Part shown: piece after piece, positions 32,961-45,699 of the stretch | Numbering within the stretch: position 1 is the first letter of the stretch | How the letters are laid out: each line of letters starts with the position of its first letter | Source of the DNA: Selaginella moellendorffii | Taxonomy: Eukaryota; Plantae; Lycopodiophyta | DNA: 64,000 nt | NCBI RefSeq assembly: GCF_000143415.4 | Contig: NW_003314386.1 | Location: 274,791 to 338,790 of the forward strand | Reading direction: 5' to 3' | The notes under the pieces: model-generated | Seen by the model: the letters and a program-made list of their open reading frames with translations, nothing else | Told to the model about the DNA's origin: nothing | Database searches by the model: none | Position numbers and translations under genes: made by a program

Positions 32961-35324
32961 AAAACCCTATGCAATTTATAAAGCTGATAAACCCTTTTAT
33001 ATTGATCTCTTTTAAGCTCCTTGAGAATATTCCTATTTAATTGGGTTCAGCCCCACACCTTTATTCTATATACTGAGAAGAGTGTTGTTCAATTCACAAA
33101 ACTTACCTGCAGCTTTAAGTGATTCAATATTCCCGCTTCGATGGTGTGCAAAACGCTCTACTTACCACCTGACACGAGCCATCAGGCCCGCTGCCGACAT
33201 TATCCGGCAGGAGAAGGAGCGCTCTGAGAAAGATGCAGCACCACTCTAAGCTACCAGCCCTAGGCAGCAGGTTGCCGGCGACATCAAGCGCTCGGCTGCA
33301 GAGTCAGTCCTGCCTCAGACTGGGTGTTGCTGAGCTAGAGAGTGGACGATGTGCCTGGACGTGGTTGAATTGGTGATAAGCTTGACTTGACTGCCACCAG
33401 ACCCGTTGTCCCTGCCTTGAGCTCCTTGAGCTTGAGAGCTTTGTACTTCATGCAAGTGCGGCAACCATGCGTCGAATGATGCTCTCGCCTTTCCTGGTTG
33501 CGGACACCACTCGCGTAAATTCCTGCGACCTGCCAGCTTGTTCACCGGGCCCCCGGTGGAAGTGGCAGCCGTGCACGGCCACACAACCCTTGTCTCGCCA
33601 GCTTCGGAATGCGGCAAGTAGTCGATCTAGCTTTCACGAGAGATCAGTTAGCAATTGCGTGAGAACAAAACGAACTATCCCACTCTACCTGAACGATTTG
33701 CATCTCCTTGGTGCTAGATGTTTTTCTCGGAGATTAAGTAGCTGGGATCGGCAGTTTCAACTCCCTGTCAATTCAAACTTTGCAGTTAACAAGACAAGAG
33801 AAAGCGTTCAAAGGAGTCTTATCCATGACGACGCGTGCCAACCGCGGTGAGGCCCAGTGGCACCGTCCATGATGCTGGCTTCCATCTAGTTGTCAACACC
33901 GATCATCTCGTTGTCCTCCATTGCACGCACCTGTAGAAAGGTGGCGTGGCGATCGATTTTCACGTAAAAAAAGCCTCGGCCAAGGGAAGGATCGCAATGA
34001 ACTTCAACACAACCGGCATGTTTTGAGCCAGTGCGGATCACACAGGGCACCTCGAGGTCGGGGTGAAAGAAACTACATCCTAGGAGACTATGGCAGTGGC
34101 ACGAATAAAAGATGACCACTCAGGAAGAAGAAGAGGAAGATCTCACGGTCTTCTCAAGCAATGCCAAGAGGTAGACTTCGTGGTTCTTGAGCCGTTGAAC
34201 TTGGTGTATCCCGGCCCTCCGGCATACAGGGTGTGGAGCTGGTCACATATGGGATGCGTTTTTGCAGAGGGAAGTTGAGAATGCGTGATCTCCTCAACCG
34301 GATGGCTTGCCAGCACACTTAGTTTTGATTCATGGGAAGAACTCCACACGTAAAATGGAGAGATGATCCACGATAAAAGAAAGAGGCCAGTCCAAGCATG
34401 TAAGTGTCACCATAAGGCTACTGCCTTGCCTCCTCAATGCAAGCTGATGCAGCGAACAGCCAAAATCGTTCGCATAAATAGCTGCAAGCACTCAAATAAA
34501 AAGATTAAAGCAGAAGGCAAATTAGCTGCTAGCTCTTGTTTGCTTCCAGAAAATCCTGGAGCCTTGAAAAGGACCGGAAGGCCTCGTGATCATGAAGAAT
34601 AGATAATGATTACACTCAATGCGTTAAAAGGAAATGGCAATTTGAGAATAAAAGAGCATATTTGGGCGGGAAAGCAGCCAAGTGCGATGGCGGAGAAGGA
34701 GAAGGCGATGAACAAAAAGGCTACACATCACGTTCATGAAGGAGAAGCAGTTGGATCATAACCTTAAGATCTACAGGGAGGTACAAAAATCTGTTTCTTT
34801 GCTTTGAATGAATTCTTTTGTTGCACAGAAGAATTCCCTTGCTCCTCCACCTCCTCCTCCTCCTCAGGAGCATGACTATCCAAAGCCAGAGGCGGAGACG
34901 AAGCCCGAGGCAGAGGAAGAGGCAGAGGCAGAATAGAAGCCCATTGCCACGATTCATATCTTGCTCACAAGTATATTATATTTTAAGTAGCCACTATTCA
35001 ATGTGAATTGAACCCATACTATTTGCTCCAATACCATATATACCACACTTATTTTATCCTCATTTACCCTTTAAAGTTCTAAGGATCCATAGTGACAATA
35101 TATTTAAATATCATCCCATAATCACATGTGTTATATAATTTAAAACCTTTTCAATACTACTTGAAGTTGAACTTTTTGAGAAGTCACCTAGCCTAGTACT
35201 ATTTAGTCAAATATATATGTGAAGATCAATTTTTCAACTAGTTTAGGCAAAGACTGATAAAGGATCTAGCAATACCAACCTTTTGTTGTAGTGCACCCTA
35301 TCTCTTCCCCCTTAAACCAATTGG

Positions 35325-36360
35325 ATAGGAAGGATTGTTAAAACTAAGTTACTATAAAGACTAGCATCCAAGAAAGTTCAAGTTTGCATATGCATATTAT
35401 GGGGTGATGGATCCCAACAAAGTGAACCTAGTGAAGGAATTGAAGCGTATTTAAGTATTGTGATATATTACATTGACATCTTCTTGTCCCCAACTCGAAG
35501 GCTATATCAAAGCTGTTGCAGAAACATCTTTCTTCTTCAAGTTTACTTTGTTTATACTTAGAGACTAATTTCAATTCTTTTTTGCGTATAGGCTGTGACA
35601 ACTTTGGATATTGCAAGACAAGGCTTGCAATCTGAAGGACAACTTCATTTCAAATGAGATTTTTCCGGATATTTAGATTAGTTGCCACTACAACGTTCTC
35701 CTTATCAAGTTATTCAGAGATAAGTATTGAAAACACCCCATTCCTATAGATTGAGACAAGATTAGACCATTGTGAGTCACTTTTTAGCAAAATTGGTGGT
35801 ATGGTGAGAAATGAGTGAATTTATGACTCATTTGATTTGCTGGATAGTGCTGGTTCCATAAACCAAATTGCTGAGATGAAGGCTATATCAATTTTAAAGT
35901 TTCCAGCTTCACATAAGAAACAAGAATCTATATGGGAATATTTAACAAAGACTTGAGAAGCAACATGGAGGAACAGTTGCATTAAAGCTGACTGACTATA
36001 CAGGTATGTCTTTGTTAAATATTCTTTAATCTTACTCTCTTTCTCAAGTATAGAAACAGATTTGAAAAATATACAAGCTCTTCAAGCTGGCTTGCTTGAG
36101 GCGAAAGGTTTACTCTAAGTGGAGCAAACTTTGGAAATATAAGGATTTTTTTCACAAAAAGGCAGCAAAAGCGTTAGAAGCTATGAATTGAACAAGTGGT
36201 GAGGGAGATGTTTCAAAAGAGGTGGAAAGCAGTATCACTTATGATGATGAAGAGCTAGCAGCATTGTTGGAACTACAACATACTTTTGATAGTATGATTG
36301 ATGAAGAAGAAACACTACCTCAACCACAAATGCCACAGCAGGAAAGCTTCAAGCTGTTTG
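35325..36360 (+). mobile_element. Degenerate DDE transposase fragment, P-element-like (3' part)
   Basis: Homologous to ~48340-49400; NFISNEIFPDI*ISCHY (35641-) and HCESLFSKIGGMVRNE (~35768-35817); many stops. Confidence 0.65.
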
Positions 36361-37347
36361 TGGATTGATGGTGGATACAATCTTAAATTTTTCTTTCCTT
36401 GGGTTGCTCTGTTGCCAAAAGCTGAAAACTCTCTAGCCGAGGTTGTGAGGGTCGGTATTCATGGCGATGCCGTTTATGGCAAGTTGGAAGATTTCTGGAC
36501 TTCTTGCAATGCAAGCAATGCTGGAAACTGCAGGTATGTGTCAAGACAAAGTTTGTCAAGGCCAACAGTGTCCATTCCAGGCGGATTTTCATGGAGACAT
36601 TCAAGACAATGTATGGCTTAAACAAAGACCAACTGGAGCTTCCAACGATGCCATTTGGCGTCTGGTCTGGTAAGCATTGCTGGGCTATGTCTACCTCATC
36701 TTTCGTGGAGTTCGTCATGTTTTCCTGGTCTGTTGCAGTTTGTTGCACATACTCCAACTTAACTGGGTATCTTGTCCTAGGATGTTCGTGGACGCTCTCG
36801 ATTCTCAGCTCTACGTTGACAATCACGATCATGGAAACTGTCCTCTTGCAACCACACATGGTACAACCTCGAATTCTTGTGGCTGTGAGTTCTAAATACT
36901 AAATCTCTTAGGCTCAACACTGCTATTGCTGTCTACTTGAGGTCCTGGTGAACGTTTGGGCGTATCACAGTGCCAGGAGACTCATCTACGTGGATCCTGA
37001 GACGGGTATAATGATGGAGCAGAATGCTCTCGAGAGCCGACGCAGGCAGATGAAAGTGAAGTGGTTCAGCTTTAGCGTGCTCAAGGGAATGGATGGCCGA
37101 GAAAGTTGACGACGAGCATCCTACGTACCGGTGGCTCTGGCCACACACGGGAGAAGTGTTCTGGCAGGGAATTCTGGAGAGGGAGAGGCAGGAGAGATAC
37201 AACATGAAGTTGGAAAGGAAGCGCAGGAACAAGGAGAGGCTGGCTAGAATGCGTAGCCGTTACAAGCAGAAGTCTCTGGGCCGCTATGTGAAGTCACCAC
37301 CGGAAGAGACGGAGTAAGATCAAGCTGTGAATACTGCTGCTCGGTGA
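36360..37347 (+). pseudogene. BUP-like gene copy 3 (3' exons only)
   Basis: Begins in the intron before VALxPKAENSLA; internal deletions, a frameshift near 37090 and a premature stop at 37315-37317. Confidence 0.85.
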
Positions 37348-37591
37348 ACAGATTCTTGGGTGATTGTTTTCAGAGCCAGGAGAGTTCTTTCGACGCGAAT
37401 TGTAGTGTACGACTATCAAGAGGTAAACTTTTTAGTGTACATATTCAGTGTCATTGCTACTAATGAGATTTTCCAGCGTGATGATTCTTGGAAGCTGCAA
37501 ATGACCTAGCGCTGAAGGATCCGATCAAAACACGTTTGAGTGAAGAACAGGCAGGAAGCTAGCTCCAGCAAAACAGGAAAATTGATCTATT

Positions 37592-39375
37592 ATGGGTGCT
37601 GTGTTGCTCGCAACTCTGGAGCAGTTCACCACGAACTTGGGAAAGTTTATGTTCCTGTGGGCGACTGTGGTTCTCCTGGGGGGATTCGTGAACGATCTGA
37701 AAACCTTGGACTTCTACTACGTCATTCTCCTGCTCGTTAGCTATGGCATCAGGGGCTTCCGATTTCTCAACTTGTCCCAAGGCTTAAAGAAACGAAAGGT
37801 GAATTCCCGCCTGATCCTACTCGTCATCGCCCTCTTTCCCCTCATCGCCCTCTTTGGCCCCTTGGGCGGCCCAGTATTGTTCTTGCAATGCCGCTGCTTC
37901 TCTTGCTGCTGCCTCTCAGATTTTTGTACAATGCTCGCTCCGGGCGCTCATTCGTCATCGTCTACAACATGGCCTACAATACTGAGATCGTTCTGGCTCT
38001 CGTCAGCCTCAGAGCCACGATCGTCTGGCTACCACAGCACCACAATTATCCAAAGTTCAACGAGCTCGTCGCAATGATCAGCTTCTCCTCGATCGTCATC
38101 GCCGAGTCGAGCTTGTTCCTGTGCATCCACGGCTGCTGGGAGATCATATCAGTGAGGTACAAGAAGGCGAAGAAGAACAGGGACCGACCGAGATTTCTCC
38201 TGGAAACTAAGTCCAAGTTCTTCGTTGCCGTGTACGAGACGACGTTGAGAGATGGAGCCATCAAGGGGCTAAGGATGAACTTGGTCGACTACGTCGCGAA
38301 CGAGTTCTTGGAATCGAGAGGCAACCGGGAGCTGAGGAAGAGCTTGCTGATGCTGGATGCGGTGTGCCACTGGGAAGAAGAAGATCAGAGAAAGCAAAGT
38401 GGGAAGCTCCTCTTGGCATCTAAGCGTCAAGTTGTGGAGCGGCTGTTCGAGTGCATGAGCCACAAGTACTATCTCATCTACCGGCGAGCGGCGATTTCTC
38501 TAGCGGCCGAGATCTGCGAAGATGAAAACGCCTTCTTAGCTGTGGCACACCTCGTCCAGGCCAGTGGTGAAGGCGTCTCGCTTCTGGTGAAAGCGCTGGA
38601 GCCGGATACCAACAAGTCGGTGCTGGAGCTGCTAGGAAAGGTTGCGGCATTTGGAGGGATTGCCAATGCCGAGCCGGGTGTGATCGCGAACTTTGATTTT
38701 GCTCGAGGGGATACGCACAAGGAGTGGAAGGATTCCCTGCGCTATACCTTCAATGGCGATGGAGATGATCCAGCCAGGGTCGATGTAGAGCCAGAGATCC
38801 AGATCTCCAGGCAGAAGATCGCAGCGAATTTGAGGACGCTACTCAGGAAGAATCACGACTTGACAAGGTACCTCGCGAATGCTCTCTTTTGTTCCTCCCA
38901 GGAGCTCCAGGAGCTAGCTCTAGACGCTCATGGTGATCTTCTCCCTGGCTACAAGAGCGTCATCTATGGATTGTTCCACCTCCTCCGTACCTGCCAAGCT
39001 GATCCACTAGGAAGCAAAGTGGCAGTAGTGCTGGATCTTCTCTGCTGCAAGAATCGCCAGTACCTGGAAACGCTACTCGATGGAAGCGGCAGTAGCAGTG
39101 ACGATGTTATAGCAGTTCTCATGAGCGCGCTCTCCTTTGGTTTGGATAATCACGATGGCGAGAGGAGCAAGCATGCAATGTCGATTCTGTGCAGCCTCCA
39201 CGACCAGAAGCTGTTGAGCATGGAGCAGGAGAAAGCGCTGGACATCGCAAAGATCGTGGACATGGTGACCACTATGACGAGCTCAAGACCAAGTGACCAT
39301 GGCTTGACTGGGGAGAGCTCGACCACCCAACCCATGGAAGGGATCGATCTGGCATTAGAAGTAGCCGAGCTTTGA
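37592..39375 (+). pseudogene. BLE2-like TM+ARM copy D
   Basis: Frameshift in the variable TM segment (~37870-37890), in-frame loss of LAALLAYDPS, and TGG->TGA stop at 39373-39375. Confidence 0.85.
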
Positions 39376-39779
39376 GGTTTAGCTGCGCGGCCATCACAAT
39401 CCTCATCAGCTGTTCCGACGGCATCACGGATTCACAATCAACCAAGGTAGGATTTGGCAGATGATCTCTTGGAGAAGAGCACGCCAGCGCTGCATTGGCA
39501 AGACCCCCCAAATTCCCCACAGAGGGAAACTAAACAGATCAGGATTCCAGAGATGCCGCAACACAGCATTTCATTCTAAATCTTGCTAATTCAAAACCAA
39601 TATATTCCCAATTGTTTGAATCTTTGGCACGACTACAACTCCAGTCAAACACACAAGTCTAAGAGAAACGTCAATGCAGATTTAGAAAATTCTCTCATTC
39701 GGATTCTCTTTTCTGATTGCCACGCCACTGACTATTCCTGCTCGAACTGGAGCTTTTCTGTTGACGTACTAAAGATCCC

Positions 39780-40729
39780 GCTCTACGCGGGAATGGCGCA
39801 AGCAAGGAGGACGGATCCCGGAACTCGGAGTTTGAATAGTCGCAGGACGATCATCTTCCTCTGTCTGCCAGGAAGAAAGGTGATCAATGTACCTGAAAGA
39901 TTTTCTAGCAAATCGTTTTGTGTTTGCTTGAAGTTTTCCATTGACAGTCAGGCCCCAGAAAAGTTGAAGAATGTACCGCTGTGAAAGTTATGGATGGATT
40001 CAGCAGGTACGCATGGGTCTGTTCCTCTTGGCTCAACGGCCACTAGCCGTTCCAGAGCGTCTTTGGCTTATCATTACATTGCCAGCAATGAGCTTTTTCT
40101 AATCTATCATTCTCTCTGGCTGTTACTTCACGAAGATGTTGCAGGCTTGCGCTTGTGGCAGCGATGCTCGGTAAGCTTTCATCTTTCGAGGCGTCGAGTA
40201 TTGTATTCCAGGCATGTCCTCAAAGACGTTGTCGAGATGCCCGTTCTGGCATACGCGGAGAGCATCACCGCCTGCAAAGTGGCATCCGGGGCCGAGTTGA
40301 AAGTTTCCATGACTTCGAGCATATCTCCATTTGCCGCCAAGCCAAGCCAGGACATTCCAGCTGGGAATTCTTCGAAACAAAGCTCTTGCTTGATCGCCAT
40401 CTTCTGGACGTTCGCTTCCATCAGAGCCGTCCATGACACCTTTTGCGGCATGGATAAAGAAGGCCTTGGGCCGGTCAACGCAACCGCTGCCGGCGATCAC
40501 GGTCAACCCCAACTCCGGCATTCTGCCAGTCAAGGTCAGCAACTGGTCCACGTGCACGTTTGTCGCGACCATGGAATTCCACGTTGACTCGGTCCCTTCG
40601 TGGCATTTCGCCAAAGACCTTGGAAGCGTCCGCTAAGAAGCCGCGTTGACTGTAAGAGACGAGAAGGGTGTTCCACGCAGTCATGTTCCACTGCGGCATG
40701 AGATGAAAGCAAATGGCCAGCATAGGCAT
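39780..40729 (-). pseudogene. PPR relic (longest copy, unit 3)
   Basis: FHLMPQWNMTAWNTLLVSYSQRGFLADASKVFGEMPRRD, TWNSMVA, VSWTALMEAN; multiple frameshifts. Confidence 0.85.
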
Positions 40730-41794
40730 TTGTAAATTCCTTTTGAGAACGGGAGAACTAGGGTTTTTCCTTTTTTCTTTTTGTACACTCTAAAAGGGCA
40801 ATGAAATACACCTTTCTAGATTGGCACGACATAATCTTGTTAGATTGGTCTCAAGTGTTGAGCAACTCTCCTGTGTCTGCTATAATCTGAAACGATGTGT
40901 TACAAGGTATGGGTACGTTTCGGGCTTCAAACAACTAGGTGGGATGGCTTAGGGATCAGATCAGCTCCACTGCATGTTTCCGAAATGTAACGAACTGCCC
41001 TGGGACGTTGAGGGGGAGGGCATGGCTTTCTTGGACTGGCGTCATCTAAAGTTCACACTCGTCAACCATTGCCAGACAACTCCGCTGTGGGATCAGTCCT
41101 TCCACAGAGCCCTCGTCGTCGTCTTCAACCACAATTCATCATGGTCAGGTTCGTGAGTCTCCTAGCTTGATTGAACTAGATCTGTATTGGCAAGCGTCCA
41201 TAACAAAGGTTATTAGATAGTATGAAGGCATGAGGTTGGGGAAGTATCAGCAAGGTGCTAAGAAAACGCTCTCAACACTTGATGGCACCATGCTTAACCT
41301 GTCCTTCGATCAAAGACACCTGACCCTAGTAAGTCTCATGCTAAGTTCGTGGAAGGATATGCTAGTAGATGAATAAATTTCATTGATTGATTTGTTCAAT
41401 GAAGGAGAAGAAGAAGTTGTTTCACCTGTATCAGATGTGCTCATAGCAAAGAGAACACAACGGTTGAATGACAACAAATAGTTTCAACAGTTGCAGCCAT
41501 CAAGAAAAGTTGCAGTGCAGTTGCAGGTTCCAACTATGACATCAGTAACAGGAGTCAGTCCGGAACCAGTACAATCCCACTGATTGCTTTACTTCACCGA
41601 AACACACTAACGGCCTGGTTGTTGTCTCAAACACAACAGTTGCACTGTTCTTGGTGAAGAGAGGTAGAGATTGGCTAGAGTCTAGATCATGTATATAGTC
41701 CTACTGCTCAAGCGTGGTGATGGCATCTCAAATTAGGGCAGCTGGCAGTGGACAACAACCAACTCATGGCCAACACTCTTTTGTATATAATTTT

Positions 41795-44466
41795 TGCTCA
41801 GTTACATATTTATATAATTTGCTATTTGTCTATTGATGTTTGGCTGATGTGGCTCTCAGCCTAGATCACTGATGTGGTGTTCGTGTCTTTTCCCACACTC
41901 CCCTCAAGGAAAGCATCATTAACTAGTCAACACTGCTTCTGGAAGATGATGAGAGGAAGAGGTTTTGTTAGGATGTCAGCCACCATTGAGACTATTAAGA
42001 AGAATTCCAGAAGTGCTTAGACAAAGCTATAGCAGACATATTGTCACACCACAGTTTGATAGATTTTGTCGTCACTCTCAAGTCCTGAAGGACTATTTGG
42101 AGCCAAATAGCCTCCTTCGCAGCAGCAGCAGCAAACACATACTCTGCCTTTGTCCTGGACATGGCTTTGAGAGATTGTCTTTTGCTACACCAGCTAATCA
42201 TGTTGCCAGGAGGAAAATGTAACCAGATGTAGGGCACTGGTCATCACTGTTTCCTCCCCAATTCGCATCAGTAAACTCAACCAGTTTCGAGCTTGTCGAG
42301 CTCTTGCCTTTGCAAGGTTATATTTCTAGTTCTAGAAACATACCACATGATCCATTTAGTCACTGCCCAATGAGTTATGGTCCAGGTACTTTGCCACACA
42401 GCCCATTGAATAGGCAGGGTCTGGTTTTCTTGACCAGATAGCTGATTATGGATTGATAAAGCCTCTCATTCTCCTCCTTGGGAATTGGATTAGCAGAAGT
42501 AGCTTTGGAGAGCTTGGAACCAGCCTCCGTTGGTGTAGCAACGAGCATGAATCATAGAGTACCTCTTGAGGATATTTGTGATATACTTAGCCAGAGAAAG
42601 TTCCAGAATCCCTCATTGCCTGTTCTGGTGAACCAAGATGCCTAAGCTCAAATTGTGAGAAACATGATTGCTTGATCTGGTTGAGAAGACAAAGTTGGTT
42701 AGAGGCCAAGTATGCTATCATCTATATAGAGCAAGTGGAAGCCTCGACTTTGTCTAAAGATGTAGAGATTAGTGTTTGTTGTACTGCGCATATAACCAAG
42801 AGAAATGTTGTACCACATTCTCCGTGATTGTTTAAGGCCGTAGAAACAAGGTGCTCTTCATCAACATGCACAACGCCAAGAGGTTGAGCTATGTAGACCT
42901 GAGCTCATTGTTCAGAAAAACTATACACAAGTCTAACTGATGAGGGTTAAAAGCAAATTAATCATTGTGAGCTTTACAGGCTGTAAGTTGCAGAGTAATC
43001 CAACCCTAGAACTTGAGAATTTGCAAGCTACAAAGTGAGCTTTGACCGTGCCATCAGCTTTGTACTTGTGTTTAAACAGCCACTTGGCTAATACAAGATT
43101 GCAACCTAAGTTTGGTTGGCACACTCTGTTAAGCAACAGAGTACTGGTGGAGAATGCCAACTTCCTGAAGAAACTAATGGAATTCATTGGAAACAAATTC
43201 CCCTCCACCATCTGTCATCTTATAAGCTTTGAAGTGTACAAACAGTTCAGTATCATTAATAAAAGATACGAAGTACCTTTTATGGCTCAAGGAAATAGTA
43301 GACTATCCTTGAAGCACCATCGTCTTGGGATCATAGAGGGAAGGGAGTTGTGGCTGCTTCCCTATTGGCATGCTCCACAAATCCCGAGCTGCCTAGAGGG
43401 AAGTGTGAAGCCTTCAACCAAATTGCAATGAGCAATGAGGTGGATGTGCCCAAGACGAGGTGCCAATGGCAAATAGGAGATGGGTCATAATAGGCAAGCA
43501 GCTGCCTCTTGGATTCTGAGGGAAATAGTAATTTTGTATTAAGATGGTAGAGAGTATCATACATCAGCCACTATCACCATCTGGTCCAAAGATAGTACAG
43601 CCAGTAGTGCAGAAGAACGTGGAGAAGCCTTTGGTTAGATGCTACACTAACTGAAAGAACTGTTTGATCCCTGGAATATAGAACATCCTCTTGAGATGTT
43701 TGTGTGAGCTATTAGGAAGTTTGATGACCACCATTCCATGCCCAGTGATTGTGAGTGCTCTCATGTCTCCCACGTACACCTGTTTCAAGGTCTCCAACTC
43801 AATGTAAGTATGGAAGGCAGATCTGAGAAGTGTGATATGCATTGAAGCCCCAGAATCCATCCGAAGGGTTTCAGCTTCTGATCCCTGAGATGAGCAAACG
43901 TCATCATGAGAAGGGTGTCAGGTTGAGAATAATAGCATGGGTTCTTTTCAGCAGCTTTCTTGAGGTCGGACTCCTGCTCCACATGTTCTATCTTGCCATA
44001 GTAGGCCTTTGCATTTCTTGATAGTGTTGATGCCAGATTGGGAAGAAGAGTCGTTGGACTTCTGCATGAAAGCCCCTTTCTTCTTGTCTCCAGAAGGTTT
44101 GCTACCGATATACGAGGCCTGCTCATGAAGAGCATCCCGAGAGGCCTTATTGTGTTCCTCATCTTGCACTCTTCTTCCAAGACTAAAGAGTCTCAAGCAT
44201 TTGATCTGGAATGAACAAGAGCATAGACGAGAACTACTGTAACTCTGGGTAATAGAGCAAAGGATGAGCACCTTGGTTGAGACCGGAGACCCAGCCTCTT
44301 TGAGTTTAGCCATGAGTCCACGAAGCTTGCTGATGTAGGGCGATTGGCTCGTATTCAACTTGATACTAACTTCATAACATGTCGGTTAAATATTGTGTCT
44401 CTTGACGTTTGCCTGATGTGGCTCTCAACCTGGATCGCTGACATGGCGTTCTTGTGTTTTCCCACA
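41795..44466 (-). mobile_element. Degenerate Ty1/copia LTR retrotransposon with short (~100 bp) LTRs
   Basis: Minus-strand LTR starts TGTGGGAAAA at 44466 and 41897; PPT GAGGGGAG at 41905-41898; gag remnants, protease WMDSGASMHIT, RT KWLFKHKYKADG...KAHFVA and YGLKQSRRMW, RNase H ISWCSKRQ...AEYV...LWCDNMSAI. Confidence 0.9.
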
Positions 44467-44979
44467 TTTTGGACGGCAGCGTCTACAATGTCTTTAGCTG
44501 CGCTTCTAATCCTGGCTTTATAATTCTTTAGGTAATACTCTTTGGATTCAATCCTAGAATGAGGTGCCAGCCACTAGTGCATCCATCTAAACAATGAAGG
44601 TGGTTTTCATTTGGGGCAGTGTGTGCATAAGAGCTGCCTCCCTTCTTGGAGACGCACACAATGACGATTTAAATTGCAAGAATTATAACACATATCTCAT
44701 GGTAGGAGTTTGGAAGTGACTTATGCACATTATAACTACACACGCCCACTCAAATCTGGACTCTAAACTTGATCTTGGTAAACTTGGTTGCTCAAAAAAA
44801 GAAAAAAACGTGCCTAAAAGAATAATCCATGGAGTTGATAGTGCTCATGGCTCACATGGCACATCCATCTCCACAATCTATGGTGCGAGTTCCAGTCTGG
44901 CCCATGACTCTGATCTTCTTCTTGCCTCCGGGAAATACACAGCTTAAGCTATGCTGTGCAACACCAGCTATGAGTTGAA

Positions 44980-45695
44980 ATTATAACGGACCTTTGTTGC
45001 TAAGTCCTAAAGCCATTATAGAAGTTAAGAATTTCTGGCTTCCCCAGCTCAACGTTTCCTGAAGGCTTGGTGCAAGGTAACGAGCTAAAAAGTATACGTA
45101 AACAGTTTCCTTTATCTATGCTTAAATTTTTTTACAAATAATGTTCTCAAGTGAGTGAATAGTAATGAGGCCTACCTTGTTGTCCACGTGAATTCTTGAA
45201 GAAATAGACAAGATCTCTAGCTCATTCGAGGGAGATATCCTCTTTGGCTTGTGCATGCCCCATCATGCACTTTCGTATGAGAAATCAATCTCACTTTGAT
45301 CTTGTCAAACTATGAAGAAACACCGGCTGCCAAACTCGGGTTGAACATCCACCTGGTATGAAACGAAAAAGAATGCAAAAACTTGGGAGAAAAATAGAGC
45401 ATATGCTTTCAAAGCTTGATGTAAGTAATACCACATCCAACCTTGATTTCACACTCCCGATGGTATTGTGTCGCTTCCTCTAGCAAGATGAGTTTGTCTT
45501 CATTTCCTAGACTCTCACCAATGTTGTATCTTAGACACATTGAGAAAAACAAGAGTTTTAGAACGAAACTATTCTTTTTTCCGCTGACCTCAAGTGTAGG
45601 ATGTGTTAAATCGTGAACACCAAATGCTCAAACATGTCAAACTCAATGTCCTCTTTGCTCTTGTCTTCGTCTGGATCTGGCAGCTGGAAAGACAA
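44980..45695 (-). pseudogene. DCL (DUF3223) pseudogene, 5'-truncated duplicate
   Basis: Copy of ~54300-55010 (LPDPDEDKSKEDIEFDMFEHL..., GCGI, SRCFFIV) with a TGA stop in FIV*QD; exon 1 missing. Confidence 0.85.
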
Positions 45696-45699
45696 AAAT

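Larger units (their letters stand above)
27501..34957 (+). repeat. Segmental duplication unit 2
   Basis: Copy of 19262-26513, starting at CTGTGGAGCGCC inside GT-like exon 1; contains two gaps. Confidence 0.95.

Noticed and set aside
40900-41750. Short ORFs between the PPR relic and the copia LTR
   Set aside because: No coherent frame or motif on either strand.
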